NCBI GenBank assembly: GCA_042852035.1
Contig: BAAFHK010000001.1
Span: 330,001 to 362,000 of the forward strand
Source of the DNA: Candidatus Saccharimonadota bacterium
GTDB taxonomy: Bacteria; Patescibacteriota; Gracilibacteria; BD1-5; UBA2023
Direction of reading: 5' to 3'
Length of the DNA: 32,000 bases
A model generated the notes under the pieces. That model ran no database searches and had not been told where the DNA came from. It saw only the letters and a program-made list of their open reading frames with translations. Within the stretch, counting starts at the first letter, position 1; each line of letters begins with the position of its first letter. Shown here in pieces: positions 19,005 to 29,396 of the stretch. A program made the position numbers and the translations under genes.

Positions 19005-19104
19005 ATCTGTACATTTAATGTTTATTGATAATATGATAATAATATAAGAAGTCAAATACTCCAAAATCGCTAGATTAATCTCACATTTTCTATATACTCA
19101 CACT

Positions 19105-20058
19105 ATGCAAACCATACTTGTCACCTGAGGTGCTGGATTTATTGGGTCCCACTTTCTTAATACTTTTGTTTCGAGAGAGAGTCATATCCGTTTTCTTAAT
19201 GTTGATAGTCTCACATATGCCTCAGATCAGAATCGCATTCAAACAAGCGTGAAAAATGCGCCGAATTATTCATTCGAACATGTCGATATTTCTGAGGGAG
19301 AATCCCTCGAAAATATCTACAAAAAACACCAACCAACGGATGTAATCCACTTTGCCTGAGAAACCCATGTAGATCGCTCTATAATTGATCCTGATATATT
19401 TATTCGCTCAAATATTGTTGGCACAAAAAACCTCCTTGAATGTCACCGAAAATATTCAAAGTGAAGGTTTCATTATGTTTCCACTGATGAGGTGTACGGA
19501 GATATTTCCGAGGGGAATTTTTCGAAAGAAACAGATGTGCTCTCGCCATCTTCCCCATATTCTGCCTCAAAGGCAGCAGCAGAAATGCTCGTTATGGCAT
19601 ATAGTCGAACGTACAAGGTTGACTCCACTATTTCACGATGATCAAATACGTATGGTGTAGGTCAATACCCAGAAAAGCTTATTCCACTTTCGCTCAAAAA
19701 GCTTTCTCTCTGAAAGAAAATCTCACTCTATGGAGATGGACTTAATGTGAGAGATTGGCTTTCGGTTGATGATCATGTAGGTGCGATTTGGGAGATTTTT
19801 ACTCGCGGAAAAAATAGTGAAATCTACAATATATGAGCAAGCAATCCCCTTACGAATAAGGAGATTATAGAATTACTCCTTGAACTTTTAGGAAAAGATA
19901 CATCGTGGATTGAGCATACTACTGACCGACCATGACATGATAGGAGATATGCGCTTGATACAACTAAAATAGAACATATGCTTGACTGGAAACCAATATC
20001 AGACTTTCAAGCTGAAATAAAAAAAATTATAGCAACTTTTCCATGACTCCAAAAATAA
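19105..20058 (+). CDS. rfbB: dTDP-glucose 4,6-dehydratase
   Basis: 317 aa. It carries ILVT[G]GAGFIGS, STDEVYG, YSASKAA and DRP[G][11 protein letters not shown] stop at 20056-20058. Confidence 0.93.
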
Positions 20059-20600
20059 CAGAAACTGACATATCCGGCTGTTACCTCATAGAATGATTCA
20101 TTTTTTCAGATATCCGAGGGGATTTCAGAGAACTTTTTCGACTTGAGTGGTTAGAACCCAAAACAGGCCCTCTAGATTTTATCCAGGAAAATATTTCCCA
20201 TTCTAAGAAATGAGTTTTTCGTGGATTTCACTTCCAAAAAGAATTTCCTCAGGCAAAGTATGTATCGGTAATTTCTGGGAAAATCCTTGATTTCATTATC
20301 GATCTCAGGGTCAATTCTCCAACTTACAAAAAACTTTATAGCGTTGAAATCTGTGCAGAAGAATCAGTATCAATCTTTATTCCAAAAGGCTGTGCTCATG
20401 GATTTCTCTCACTTACCGATAATACCGGTGTTCACTATAAAGCGGATGAATACTATAGCAAAGATGATGAAGCATGAATAAGGTATGACGATAGAGGAGT
20501 TTCTGTAGACTGGGATATGATGCTAAAAAAATATCAACTAGACGAAATAATACTTTCAGAAAAGGATATACTTTATCCTGATTTTCTATGGATCAAGTAG
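20043..20600 (+). CDS. rfbC: dTDP-4-dehydrorhamnose 3,5-epimerase
   Basis: 185 aa. ATG 20043 overlaps the rfbB end by 16 nt. It carries SDIRGDFRELF, KK[G]VFRGFHFQ, KLYSVEI.., IPKGCAHGF and YKADEYY. Confidence 0.9.
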
Positions 20601-21475
20601 CAAAAAAAATACTCATCTTGGGCTGAAGTGGGCTTGTTGGAAGCGTTTTTCAGTGCACCATGAAAGATGTATACGAAATCATCGCACCAACTCACAGGGA
20701 AGTGGATATTTGTAATTTTTCACAAGTCCTCCAAATCATCGCTCTTCATGAGCCCGATGTGTTAATAAATTTTGCATGATATACTGATGTTATTTGAGCG
20801 GAAGGAGGAGGAAGGCTTGAGAATTTTAATATCAATGTTCTTGGTGCACAAAATATTGCAAAAGCAGCCGGGGCCTTTGGGCTTCCACTCATTCATCTTT
20901 CAAGTGACTATGTCTTTGATGGGGAAAAATGAGAAGCATATATTCCGAATGATGTACTACATCCAGTCAATAATTATTGAATGGCAAAATACCTTTCCGA
21001 AGAACTTATGAAAAGGGAATTTGCTGAGACTATTATTGTTCGTACAAGCTCACTCTACGGAGGTTCACTTTTTGGTAACGATGGAGCAAGGACACACTTT
21101 ATCAATTCACTTCTTCGAAAAGTATCTTTGGAAGAAAAGATTCGTGTGGTGGATGATATTTTTATGTCCCCCACTTCGGTTCTTGATCTTTCGTGGGCAA
21201 TTAAAAGTCTTATTGAAAATATTGAAGCATCTGAATCTGAAATATTTCATTTTGTAAATCAAACAGAAGGGAAGTGAGTAAGTTGGTATGATTTTACTCT
21301 TGAATGCACTCAATATCTCCCTGAGCTTTCACGGATTCAACCAATTTCATCGAGTGAGTACTTTTCAGGTGTAAAAAGACCAAAGATTTCCTCCTTAAAT
21401 AATACGAGTAATATTCTTCTCCCAGACTGGAAAGAATGACTTAAACAATATTTTCTCCATTGAAATGTCAATTAA
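20588..21475 (+). CDS. rfbD: dTDP-4-dehydrorhamnose reductase
   Basis: 295 aa. ATG 20588 overlaps the rfbC end by 13 nt. It carries ILILG[G]SGLVGS, LINFA[G]YTDV, HLSSDYVFDG, PVNNY[G]MAK and VRTSSLYG. TAA stop at 21473-21475. Confidence 0.88.
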
Positions 21476-21555
21476 TTAGTGAGAATGAGTCTCATTTCTT
21501 TTTGCATTTTAAAAGTTTTTCCTAGAATAAGATATATTAATTTTTACGCATTTCT

Positions 21556-22695
21556 ATGTCAGACGTCTACCAAAAATCTCTCGAAAATCATAAAAAATAT
21601 AAAGGAAAACTCAGGATGGAGGCTATTGCCCATATCGAAACCCGTGATGATCTTTCTTGGGCATATTCACCTGGTGTTGCAGAGCCATGTCGTGAAATTG
21701 CAAAAGATGAAACTAAGCTCTATGATTACACTCTGAAGTCTCGTACTGTGGCAGTCATTTCAGATGGGTCTGCGATACTTGGTCTTGGGAACCTTTGACA
21801 TAAAGCATCTCTTCCGGTAATGGAAGGGAAGTGCGTACTCTTTAAGGAATTTGCTTGAGTCGACGCATTCCCGATTATAGTTGGAACACAGGATGTTGAA
21901 GAGTTCATATCTACAGTAAAAAATATTGCCGATACTTTCGGTGGAATTAACCTTGAAGATATTTCTGCGCCTCGATGTTTCGAGATAGAAGAACGACTTA
22001 AGGCTGAACTCAATATTCCAGTAATGCATGATGATCAGCATGGGACAGCTATTGTGACACTTGCAGGACTTATCAATGCCCTGAAGGTAACTGGAAAAAA
22101 GAAGGAAGATATCCGAGTAGTTCTTAATGGTGCTGGAGCCGCATGAGTTGCTATCATGAAGCTTCTTTCACTCTATGGTGTACAACATATGCTCGCGTGC
22201 GACTCAAAGGGAATTATTCACTCAGGAAGAGAAAATCTTGATATTTCGAAACAAAAACTTCTCAAATTCACGAATAGAGAAAATCGTGCAGGGACACTGA
22301 GTGATGCTATCGTATGAGCAGATGTATTCATCGGCGTATCAGCAGCTGGTGCACTCACAGAAGATATGGTGCGCACTATGGCAAAAGATGCTATTATATT
22401 TGCAATGGCGAACCCAACTCCTGAGATTATGCCAGAGCTCGCAAAAGCAGCTGGTGCTCGTATTATCTGAACTGGTCGAAGTGACTATCCAAATCAGGTG
22501 AATAATGTTCTCGCATTTCCAGGGATATTCCACTGAGTGCTAAAATACGGAAAAAAATCTATCACGGATACAATGAAGATTAGTGCGGCAGAGGCTCTCG
22601 CATCATATGTCGAAAATCCCACTGATGATAATATCCTCCCAAATCCTCTTGATAAGTGAGTCGTTGATGTTATTTCTGAAGCAATGAAAGATTAA
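21556..22695 (+). CDS. NAD(P)-dependent malic enzyme (short form)
   Basis: 379 aa. It carries [28 protein letters not shown][G], [14 protein letters not shown][G][38 protein letters not shown][G]VA and [13 protein letters not shown] stop at 22693-22695. Confidence 0.9.
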
Positions 22696-22828
22696 TCTCA
22701 TTTCCATAAAATTTACTTTAAAAAGTGATTACATCAAATAACCTTGGTACTGTTATTTCTGTATTTAAAATTAAAGAAAGTAAAAGTGAATAGAGTTTGA
22801 ATATTTGATGAAGAATAGGTGAAGAGGC

Positions 22829-22857
22829 TTGCAGAAAGTTAAAATCATGCGTATTAT
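22829..22857 (+). promoter_or_regulatory. Sigma70-like promoter candidate
   Basis: TTGCAG (22829-22834), then a 17-nt spacer, then TATTAT (22852-22857), 33 nt upstream of ATG 22891. Confidence 0.35.
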
Positions 22858-22890
22858 ATACATGCTTTTAATTTCTAATTTTTTTAACGT

Positions 22891-23643
22891 ATGAAAAAGC
22901 AGGTACTCGTGTCAATGCTCGCTATCGCATCGACTCTTACTCTCGTATCAGGTGCGTATGCTGATAAGCCTGATGTGAAAAAGGATCCATGTGCCCTCAA
23001 TGGATCAGGTGTAGCAAATAATCCAGAGCGTTGCGATCTCAATGCTCGTAAGGATGCGTTTCATTCTGGTGCTCAGGTAAGAAAGGAGGATAACAAAAAT
23101 CTCCGTGCTGCAAACTCTGGTGCGGTTCATGATTTTCATGATACTCACTCAGGTGCAGTGCGTGATGCAGTTAAGTCACTCTCTGGCGCTCAACGTGATG
23201 CATTCAAGGATGCTAAAGAGGTTCAAAAGGATCTCCGAACAAGCATGTCTGGAAAGACTCTTGAAGAGAAGCTCGCACTTCGAAATGAACTCGAAGCAGC
23301 TCAAGTAGAAAAGCTTAAGGCAAAACTTGCAAATAATCCAGAGCTTCTCGCTGCTCGTCTCGCTGTGTATGAACAAAATAAGGCACGTCGCGATACTATC
23401 GTAGCAAATCGTACGAAGAATCTCGTAGATCGAAGCGCTCTCACTCTTGAATCGGTAAAGCTTCTCGATACTCAGGTACGTGAGAATATGTCCAATATTT
23501 CTTCTGCTGATCAGGAAGCAAAAATCGTGAAGAAGATTGATGAGAAAATCGCTAAGATTAACGCATCAAATGGACTCACTGCAGCATCAAAAACTGAAAT
23601 GGTAAATATTCTTACCACTCTCAAGGCTGACCTTCTGAAGTAA
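22891..23643 (+). CDS. Secreted protein with SGA-repeat region and coiled-coil C-terminus (250 aa)
   Basis: Intact in both codes. The signal peptide is MKKQVLVSMLAIASTLTLVSGAYA/DKP. There are four [HNL]SGA[QV] repeats (HSGAQVR, NSGAVHD, HSGAVRD, LSGAQRD). TAA stop, followed by a strong terminator. Confidence 0.75.
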   Translation: MKKQVLVSMLAIASTLTLVSGAYADKPDVKKDPCALNGSGVANNPERCDLNARKDAFHSGAQVRKEDNKNLRAANSGAVHDFHDTHSGAVRDAVKSLSGAQRDAFKDAKEVQKDLRTSMSGKTLEEKLALRNELEAAQVEKLKAKLANNPELLAARLAVYEQNKARRDTIVANRTKNLVDRSALTLESVKLLDTQVRENMSNISSADQEAKIVKKIDEKIAKINASNGLTAASKTEMVNILTTLKADLLK

Positions 23644-23654
23644 TTATTACTTCT

Positions 23655-23688
23655 AAAAAAATCCCCAACTTAAGTTGGGGATTTTTTT
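23655..23688. terminator. Bidirectional intrinsic terminator
   Basis: A7, then ATCCCCAAC (23661-23669), loop TTAA, then GTTGGGGAT (23674-23682), then T-run. It lies between convergent genes. Confidence 0.8.
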
Positions 23689-23727
23689 ATTCTATCTATC
23701 GAAGGGTCACCGCAGAAATATCTGTTT

Positions 23728-24666
23728 TTAATTTTTCGCTGACTTTATTTTTATTTCTGAATCGCGGTCTTTGAGTCGGACGACTTCCAAGATACCGAGG
23801 ACACAAATCATAATAAAACCATATTTATATCCGTGATGTGAAGCCATGAAGTCAGTGATTTTTCCACCGAAGTTCACGATGAGGATAAGAAGGAGAAAAA
23901 TAGACACCATAAGTGTGCGGCCATGATTGCGGGCCCATTCTGCGAATGCTGACTTATCTGCATGGAGATATTTCGTCTGGAGTACAGCGAATCCGCCAAC
24001 TACTGCAATGAGAAGAAAAGTGAAGAGACTTGACTCTGGTATACCAAACATGAGGTCTGGAGCCGCTTTCGAGAATCATTTTTCGAGCATTTCGAGTGCG
24101 GTAAAGAGAATTACAAAAAGTCCAATCCACTGGATAGAGGGGTATTCTTCAAGCTTTTTTGCTATATAATTTGAAGCCACAACCATAAGTATAATCGATA
24201 TGATGAGTCCTATCATGAGGTTGACGATATTTCCATGACTTGCACCTGCGACCGCAAGGACATTGTCGAGAGACATCGCAACATCAGCGATAATAATGGT
24301 CTTTATGGCCGCGCTAAATGTCGTCGCACTACTTCCATGCTCCTCATGGTGTTCGCTCGCACGGATTTCTCGGTAAAACTTCCATACGACATAGAGGAGA
24401 AGTATGGCTCAGAGGAATTCAAGCCCTGGAATTTTTAGGAGAATAACTACCCCTAAAGAAAAGATGATACGAAGAATAGTTGCACCAGCAACTCACCAAA
24501 ATATTGCTTTTTTTCGGAGTTCTTTTGGGAGATTTTTTGTTGCCATACCAATGAGTATAGCATTGTCTCAACTCATGACGAGGTCGATGAGGATAATATT
24601 TAGAAGCGCAAATATTCAAGCCGAAGTGAAAAGGTGGAGAAAATCAGCAGTAAGAGATTCTAGCAT
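23728..24666 (-). CDS. TerC-family integral membrane protein
   Basis: 312 aa. Track ORFs 23728.. and 24076.. plus the upstream segment form one frame joined by TGA. It has the duplicated motifs LVMS[G]DNAILIG and VAMSLDNVLAVAGA. TAA stop at 23728-23730. Confidence 0.88.
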
Positions 24667-24688
24667 AGTGAGTTTTTTTAAGGTACGT

Positions 24689-24717
24689 TTATCATATATA
24701 AAAGCAGAAAAATGCAA
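24689..24717 (-). promoter_or_regulatory. Sigma70-like promoter candidate for terC
   Basis: On the minus strand: TTGCAT (24717-24712), a 17-nt spacer, then TGATAA (24694-24689). Confidence 0.3.
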
Positions 24718-24789
24718 TTTTTTACGAATGACATTTTGACAGACTTTAAAATAAATGCTAGACTTATTGTATTAAATTTTTTCCGAAAC

Positions 24790-25416
24790 ATGAGCTCTCA
24801 ACTCGAAACATGACAACGTCAGGAAACCCTAGATCAAAAAAAGGGAAGACTTGATTTTGACTTACCGGCTAATGGGCAGTGAGGATCATCACGAGTCGAA
24901 AGGGCTTTTGCTGATATCTCATCAGAATTGGGATCAAAGAATGCATGAGAAAAATATAATGTTCAAGATATCTGAGAGGCAATATCGAAGCGCTTTGATG
25001 CTTCAATAAAGCAAAAAACCCAAAACCTGAATCCAGATGAAAAAGCCGAGCTTCTAAAAGTGAAGCAAGAAATACTTTCATCACTTATTTGAAAAAACCC
25101 AAAAGAAATGCTCGAAGAGTTCGCAAATCTCCGAGATAAACTCTATGGAATTATAGCGGCTAGCGATGGAAAATCATGACTTAAAGACAAGAAGCTCGAC
25201 CAGGCTCGACAGGAACAAGTAAAACAGGAAGAAACAAAAAAAGATGCATTCGAAAGATTTCAGGATCTTTTAAACACGAGTGAAGAAAGAAGACTTCAAG
25301 AAGATGCAAGGAGACGTAATGAATTACAAGCAAAACAAATTGCAGAAAAAAAGGCCAAATTATGAGATCAAACTGAGGCTCTTGCGGCACTTGAGTGACT
25401 CAGAACTTTGGCTTAG
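24790..25416 (+). CDS. Hypothetical coiled-coil protein (208 aa)
   Basis: Table-25 frame from ATG 24790 to TAG 25414-25416, with 8 in-frame TGA. It is K/E/Q-rich and has no recognised domain. Confidence 0.5.
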
Positions 25417-26372
25417 TGAATTTTTACACTTTCAAGTATTTCCCTGATTATTTCATCGGGTGCTATATTGTCTGCAATAGACTCGTAGCTTCTTCCGATT
25501 CGATGTCTCAATACATCATAAGATATATACTTTATATCATCTGGAGTCACATAATCTCTTCCATCCAAAAGAGCGCATATCCTTGATCCATCTCTGAGCG
25601 CTAGTCAGGCTCGTGTGGATGCACCGTAGGAAATATTATCATTTTTTGCTCTTGTTGCTGTAAGTATATCTCAAATGTATTCATAAATATGATGATCGAT
25701 ATGTATTGCGTCAACAATAAAATTTCGCATCTCAAAGAGTTCCTCAGGTTTTATAGGGGATTGGTGACGACTTCATTTTTTTTCATTTTGATTTTTTGAT
25801 GTCTTGGAAAGGATTTCTATCTCATCAGACTGGGTTGGATAATCCAAAAGAATCTTCATAAAGAATCTATCAAGTTCAGCTTCTGGTAGAGGATATGTAC
25901 CCTCATGATCAAGTGGGTTTTCTGTTGCAATCACAAAAAATGGATCTGGAAGTGAAAATGTTTCTAGACCAATGGTGACCTGTGATTCTTCCATGGCTTC
26001 GAGAAGTGCGGATTGAACCTTTGGTGGAGTGCGATTTATTTCATCAGCAAGGAGGATATTGGTAAAGATAGGTCATTTACGAATCTCAAATCTCCCAGTT
26101 TGGGGACGGTAGATTTCAACTCAAGTAAGATCACTTGGAAGGAGGTCGGGAGTAAATGAAATACGCTTAAATTCGAAACCAAGTACTTCTGCAAGGGTTT
26201 TTACAGTCTTTGTTTTCCCTAGTCCAGGTACTCATTCAAGGAGTATATGTCCTCAGGAGAAAAGGGCAATTATTATTTTACGTATGAGGCTCTTTTGTCA
26301 GACAATAGTCTGTCCAATTTCTGATTCTAGAGAAAGGAGAATTTCTCTTAATGATTGAAGGTGAGTGTTCAT
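25413..26372 (-). CDS. MoxR-family AAA+ ATPase
   Basis: 319 aa. It carries IV[G][14 protein letters not shown][G]GHILLE[G]VPGLGKT (Walker A), ILLADEINR (Walker B) and [27 protein letters not shown] stop at 25413-25415. Confidence 0.9.
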
Positions 26373-26395
26373 AAAAAAAGCATATAAAAATCTTC

Positions 26396-26411
26396 TCTTT
26401 TTGCAAAAAGA
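26396..26411. promoter_or_regulatory. 16-bp perfect palindrome between the 970-aa gene and moxR
   Basis: TCTTTTTGCAAAAAGA shares the core TTTTTGCAAAAA with the palindrome at 29359-29370. The TTGCAA core lies 16 nt upstream of TATGCT on the minus strand, which ends 6 nt before the moxR ATG. Confidence 0.3.
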
Positions 26412-26419
26412 ATATTTCT

Positions 26420-29332
26420 CTAGAGACTTGATGCCGCTTTTTTAAGGAGGTCCTGAAGCGTAAGAGAATCAACTGAGCCATCGTCACGTAGTATTCAAAG
26501 TCCTTTTAGCTTACGAATTGGATTATTTTCAGGATTTGTTGAATGAAATATCCGTACATAGTTTTCCGAAGTTGATTCTTCAGGGAGTGCGCCCTTTCCA
26601 TAGATTAACGAGGTTACTGACTTGAGGAATACTTGATCCTCCTTCGTTGTATAGTCTCCATTAAATCCTCCAATACTGTCAGGTCTTGTTGAGCTAATGG
26701 TTCCAGACATCAGATTCATATATGGTGCGAGCGGTCCAATTCAGAGCAAATAGTACCTTGAAAGTTGATTAATGCAAGGCTTTAGGCTTTCTAATGGAAC
26801 ATCCCTGAGAATAATGTCTCACTTTGGAGATACAATGTTTCGAGAAAAAACATTATTATCTCAGGCAACAATAGAACAGTTCATGAGCTCTCCGATTCCT
26901 GAGATTGAATTTCACGAAAGTGTAGTTTCTCCGATTTTCAGAGTGCTTCATGGGGGTATTTCTGAGATATCTACTTTTGATCAACTCACGATTTGCTGAA
27001 TTGGTTTTACTGAATCAGTATTCATATATGCTGCGCGAATCTCGGTAGGATCTCTAAAATTTTTTTCATACTCATACTTATGGAGAAATATCTGACTATC
27101 AATCCATATATTTATGTCTTTTTTTGTAAAATTATTCGGAAGGAGTTGGCCAATAAACTCTTGTGCTTCTCATCGATCTATACCAGGAGTTTCAATATAA
27201 GCAACTACCGAACTTGCAACATTTATGGCATCTCGACGAGTTTGTTCAGTTATTTGTTGATTGAGTTCTAAATCGTTCGGTGAAACATGTTGCTGTACTA
27301 ATTTTCTATGAATATCTTGATTTGCTCGGGCTCATGCAAGTCTTGAAGCGTTTTCTACCTGTGCTGTCATATTACCATCGAGCTGAGAGGCGGCTTGAGT
27401 TTGGGGCTTTTTTCCTGCCATTTTGCTCATCGTCGTGGCGGCTGCTCACATTTTGGCTGCATTCTCATTCGTCTGGATTGCTTCGAGGAGGGGCTTTAAT
27501 TTACTTTCAGGACGAATAAGGGTTAAGAGTCTCTTTCGTTCTTCGGAACTCAGATTGTCAATTTCAATCCTCCTTCATTTGATCTTATCAAAAAAAGCTT
27601 TATCTTTTTCTTTTAGATCAAATTCTCATTTGGCAGATTCAAAAGTTTTTCCTTTCCACTGGATTGATTGTTCCACGGCTCTTTGGGTAGAAATAGTCCG
27701 TAAGTTTCACATATCTTTTTTAATGGCATCCATAATTTCTTTTACTCGGCCATTATTGAGTCATTTTACGACAAGTGAATTATAAAAGTCTCACATTCTT
27801 CCTTCTTGAAGGGACTTTTGAGCTTGAATATCAGTGCCTATTTCCTTGTAAGTCGAGTGAAGTACTGGAAAAATTTCCTCAAATTTTCATGAAAATCCAT
27901 TAATATTTTTTTCCTTCATAATACGATTCTGTTCACTTACTGTATCATGGTAGCTTTGTAAGAAAAGCTCCTTTACTTGAGGAGGGACTCACTGGAAAAG
28001 TTGGGTGGTTGGATTATTCTCGATATAGGCACCAATCGCAGATCGGCTCATTGGGTCGAGGCTATCGGCAATTGCCTTCCAGGATTCTCATCCTCATTCA
28101 AAAAGAGAACGGAAAAGAGTTGCATTAATCTTGCGTATATCCGTACGGATGATATTGCCAATTTCTTTAAGAGAAATAATTTCATATTTTCATTCATTCC
28201 AATGTGCCATGTGCGGCTCACCAGTTGCCATTGTTTTTTTGAGCGCTTCATCCTTTGCTTTTTGATAGTTCTCACGAGTACGAATTTCTTCGGTTTTTTT
28301 TCATCATACACTTCCACCAATTGATCGTATAAAATCTCATATAGTTGACTCTAGCGTATCATCCCCAGCACGAGATATGTCAGAACGACATCATGCAAGA
28401 AGGGCTTGGAGCCGAGTATAGACTACAGGAGCAAATTTGTCTTTTTGTAATTCGAGAGCATTGCTATACTCTCGGATAATTCAAAGTGATTGAGCCCGAT
28501 TTCATTTCGCCGCAAGAAGGGCTGTTCAGACCTTTTTCATGTATTCCTGTGCTACCTTTGTTTCAGCTTCACTGAGCGGGCGATTCACATCAAACATGAC
28601 TCGAAAATCATCGATACTGAGCGCTTTTTTTTGCATTGCAGCCATATCAAGGAATTTCTTGAGATTTTTTTGGAATTCTTCTACGGATTTTGCTTGTCAG
28701 AGAATCTTCTGAATTGTAGTATCAATACTTCCTGTATTATTTCGAAATTCAGGACTTGCCATGATATTTTCTGATGTCTGTATAACAGCAAGGTATTCGG
28801 CTGGAAGATCCTTTCAGAGCTTTACGACAGTTGCCTTGAGCGTTTTATATTCAGAGGGAAATAGTCAGGTTTTTGAATTAATCGGATGAAGGACGGCCTG
28901 CTTAAAAATGGTATCCTTAAAGTGCTCAAGAGGGAATGATTCAAGGAACTTTTTCACTTCAGGTTTTGGTCACGATTCCTGGTTTAGTTGAAAAGATTTT
29001 TTAAAGGCTTGTAATTCTTCTCGGGCTCTGGGTTTTATGGTTTGTTCCTTTGTGAAAAGGTGTTGTCTTAATGCTCAAAGATGAACCTCAAATCGAGATC
29101 ATACGTATTTTTCACCGAGTTGCTTTTTAATCTCTCGTAAAAAATCTTCATAAATTGTCTTCCATTTTTCGGTATTTTTTTCGCTCTCAAGTGCGGTAGT
29201 AAGTGCTTCAGAAAACTTTTTTGCCCGTATTTCTTCATCGTTTCTGTCCTGAGTCTTGTCACGTAATCATTCTGATCCAGTCTCTCTCGCATCAAAGAAT
29301 ACACGGATGTTTTGACGGAGAGTTTTATACAT
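26420..29332 (-). CDS. Large hypothetical protein (970 aa), first gene of the moxR operon
   Basis: Continuous table-25 frame translated by hand from ATG 29332 to TAG 26420-26422, with dozens of in-frame TGA. It is mostly helical and K/E-rich, with a Gly/Ser/Ile-rich C-terminal ~200 aa. No signal peptide, TM helix or VWA/MIDAS motif was seen. Confidence 0.7.
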
Positions 29333-29338
29333 GATGTA

Positions 29339-29390
29339 ATTCTCTCATAAACAATCATTTTTTGCAAAAATCAATAAGTTACGTTAAACT
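29339..29390. promoter_or_regulatory. Divergent promoter pair sharing one palindromic -35
   Basis: In TTTTTGCAAAAA (29359-29370), the TTGCAA core (29362-29367) reads identically on both strands. 17-nt spacers lead to TAAACT (29385-29390, + strand) and GAGAAT (29344-29339, - strand). Each -10 ends 6 nt before its ATG (29397 and 29332). Confidence 0.35.
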
Positions 29391-29396
29391 TATTTT

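Noticed and set aside
24667-24789. A yybP-ykoY (Mn2+) riboswitch, which is expected upstream of TerC-family genes.
   Set aside because: The 120-nt leader is almost pure A/T, with no GGGGAGTAG-like or paired GC helices. Only a promoter-like TTGCAT-17-TGATAA is seen.
29068-29367. 99-aa minus-strand ORF at the head of the MoxR operon.
   Set aside because: It lies in a different frame inside the 970-aa table-25 ORF that starts at 29332. The long frame is far less likely to arise by chance, and the short one has K/R-rich nonsense-like composition.
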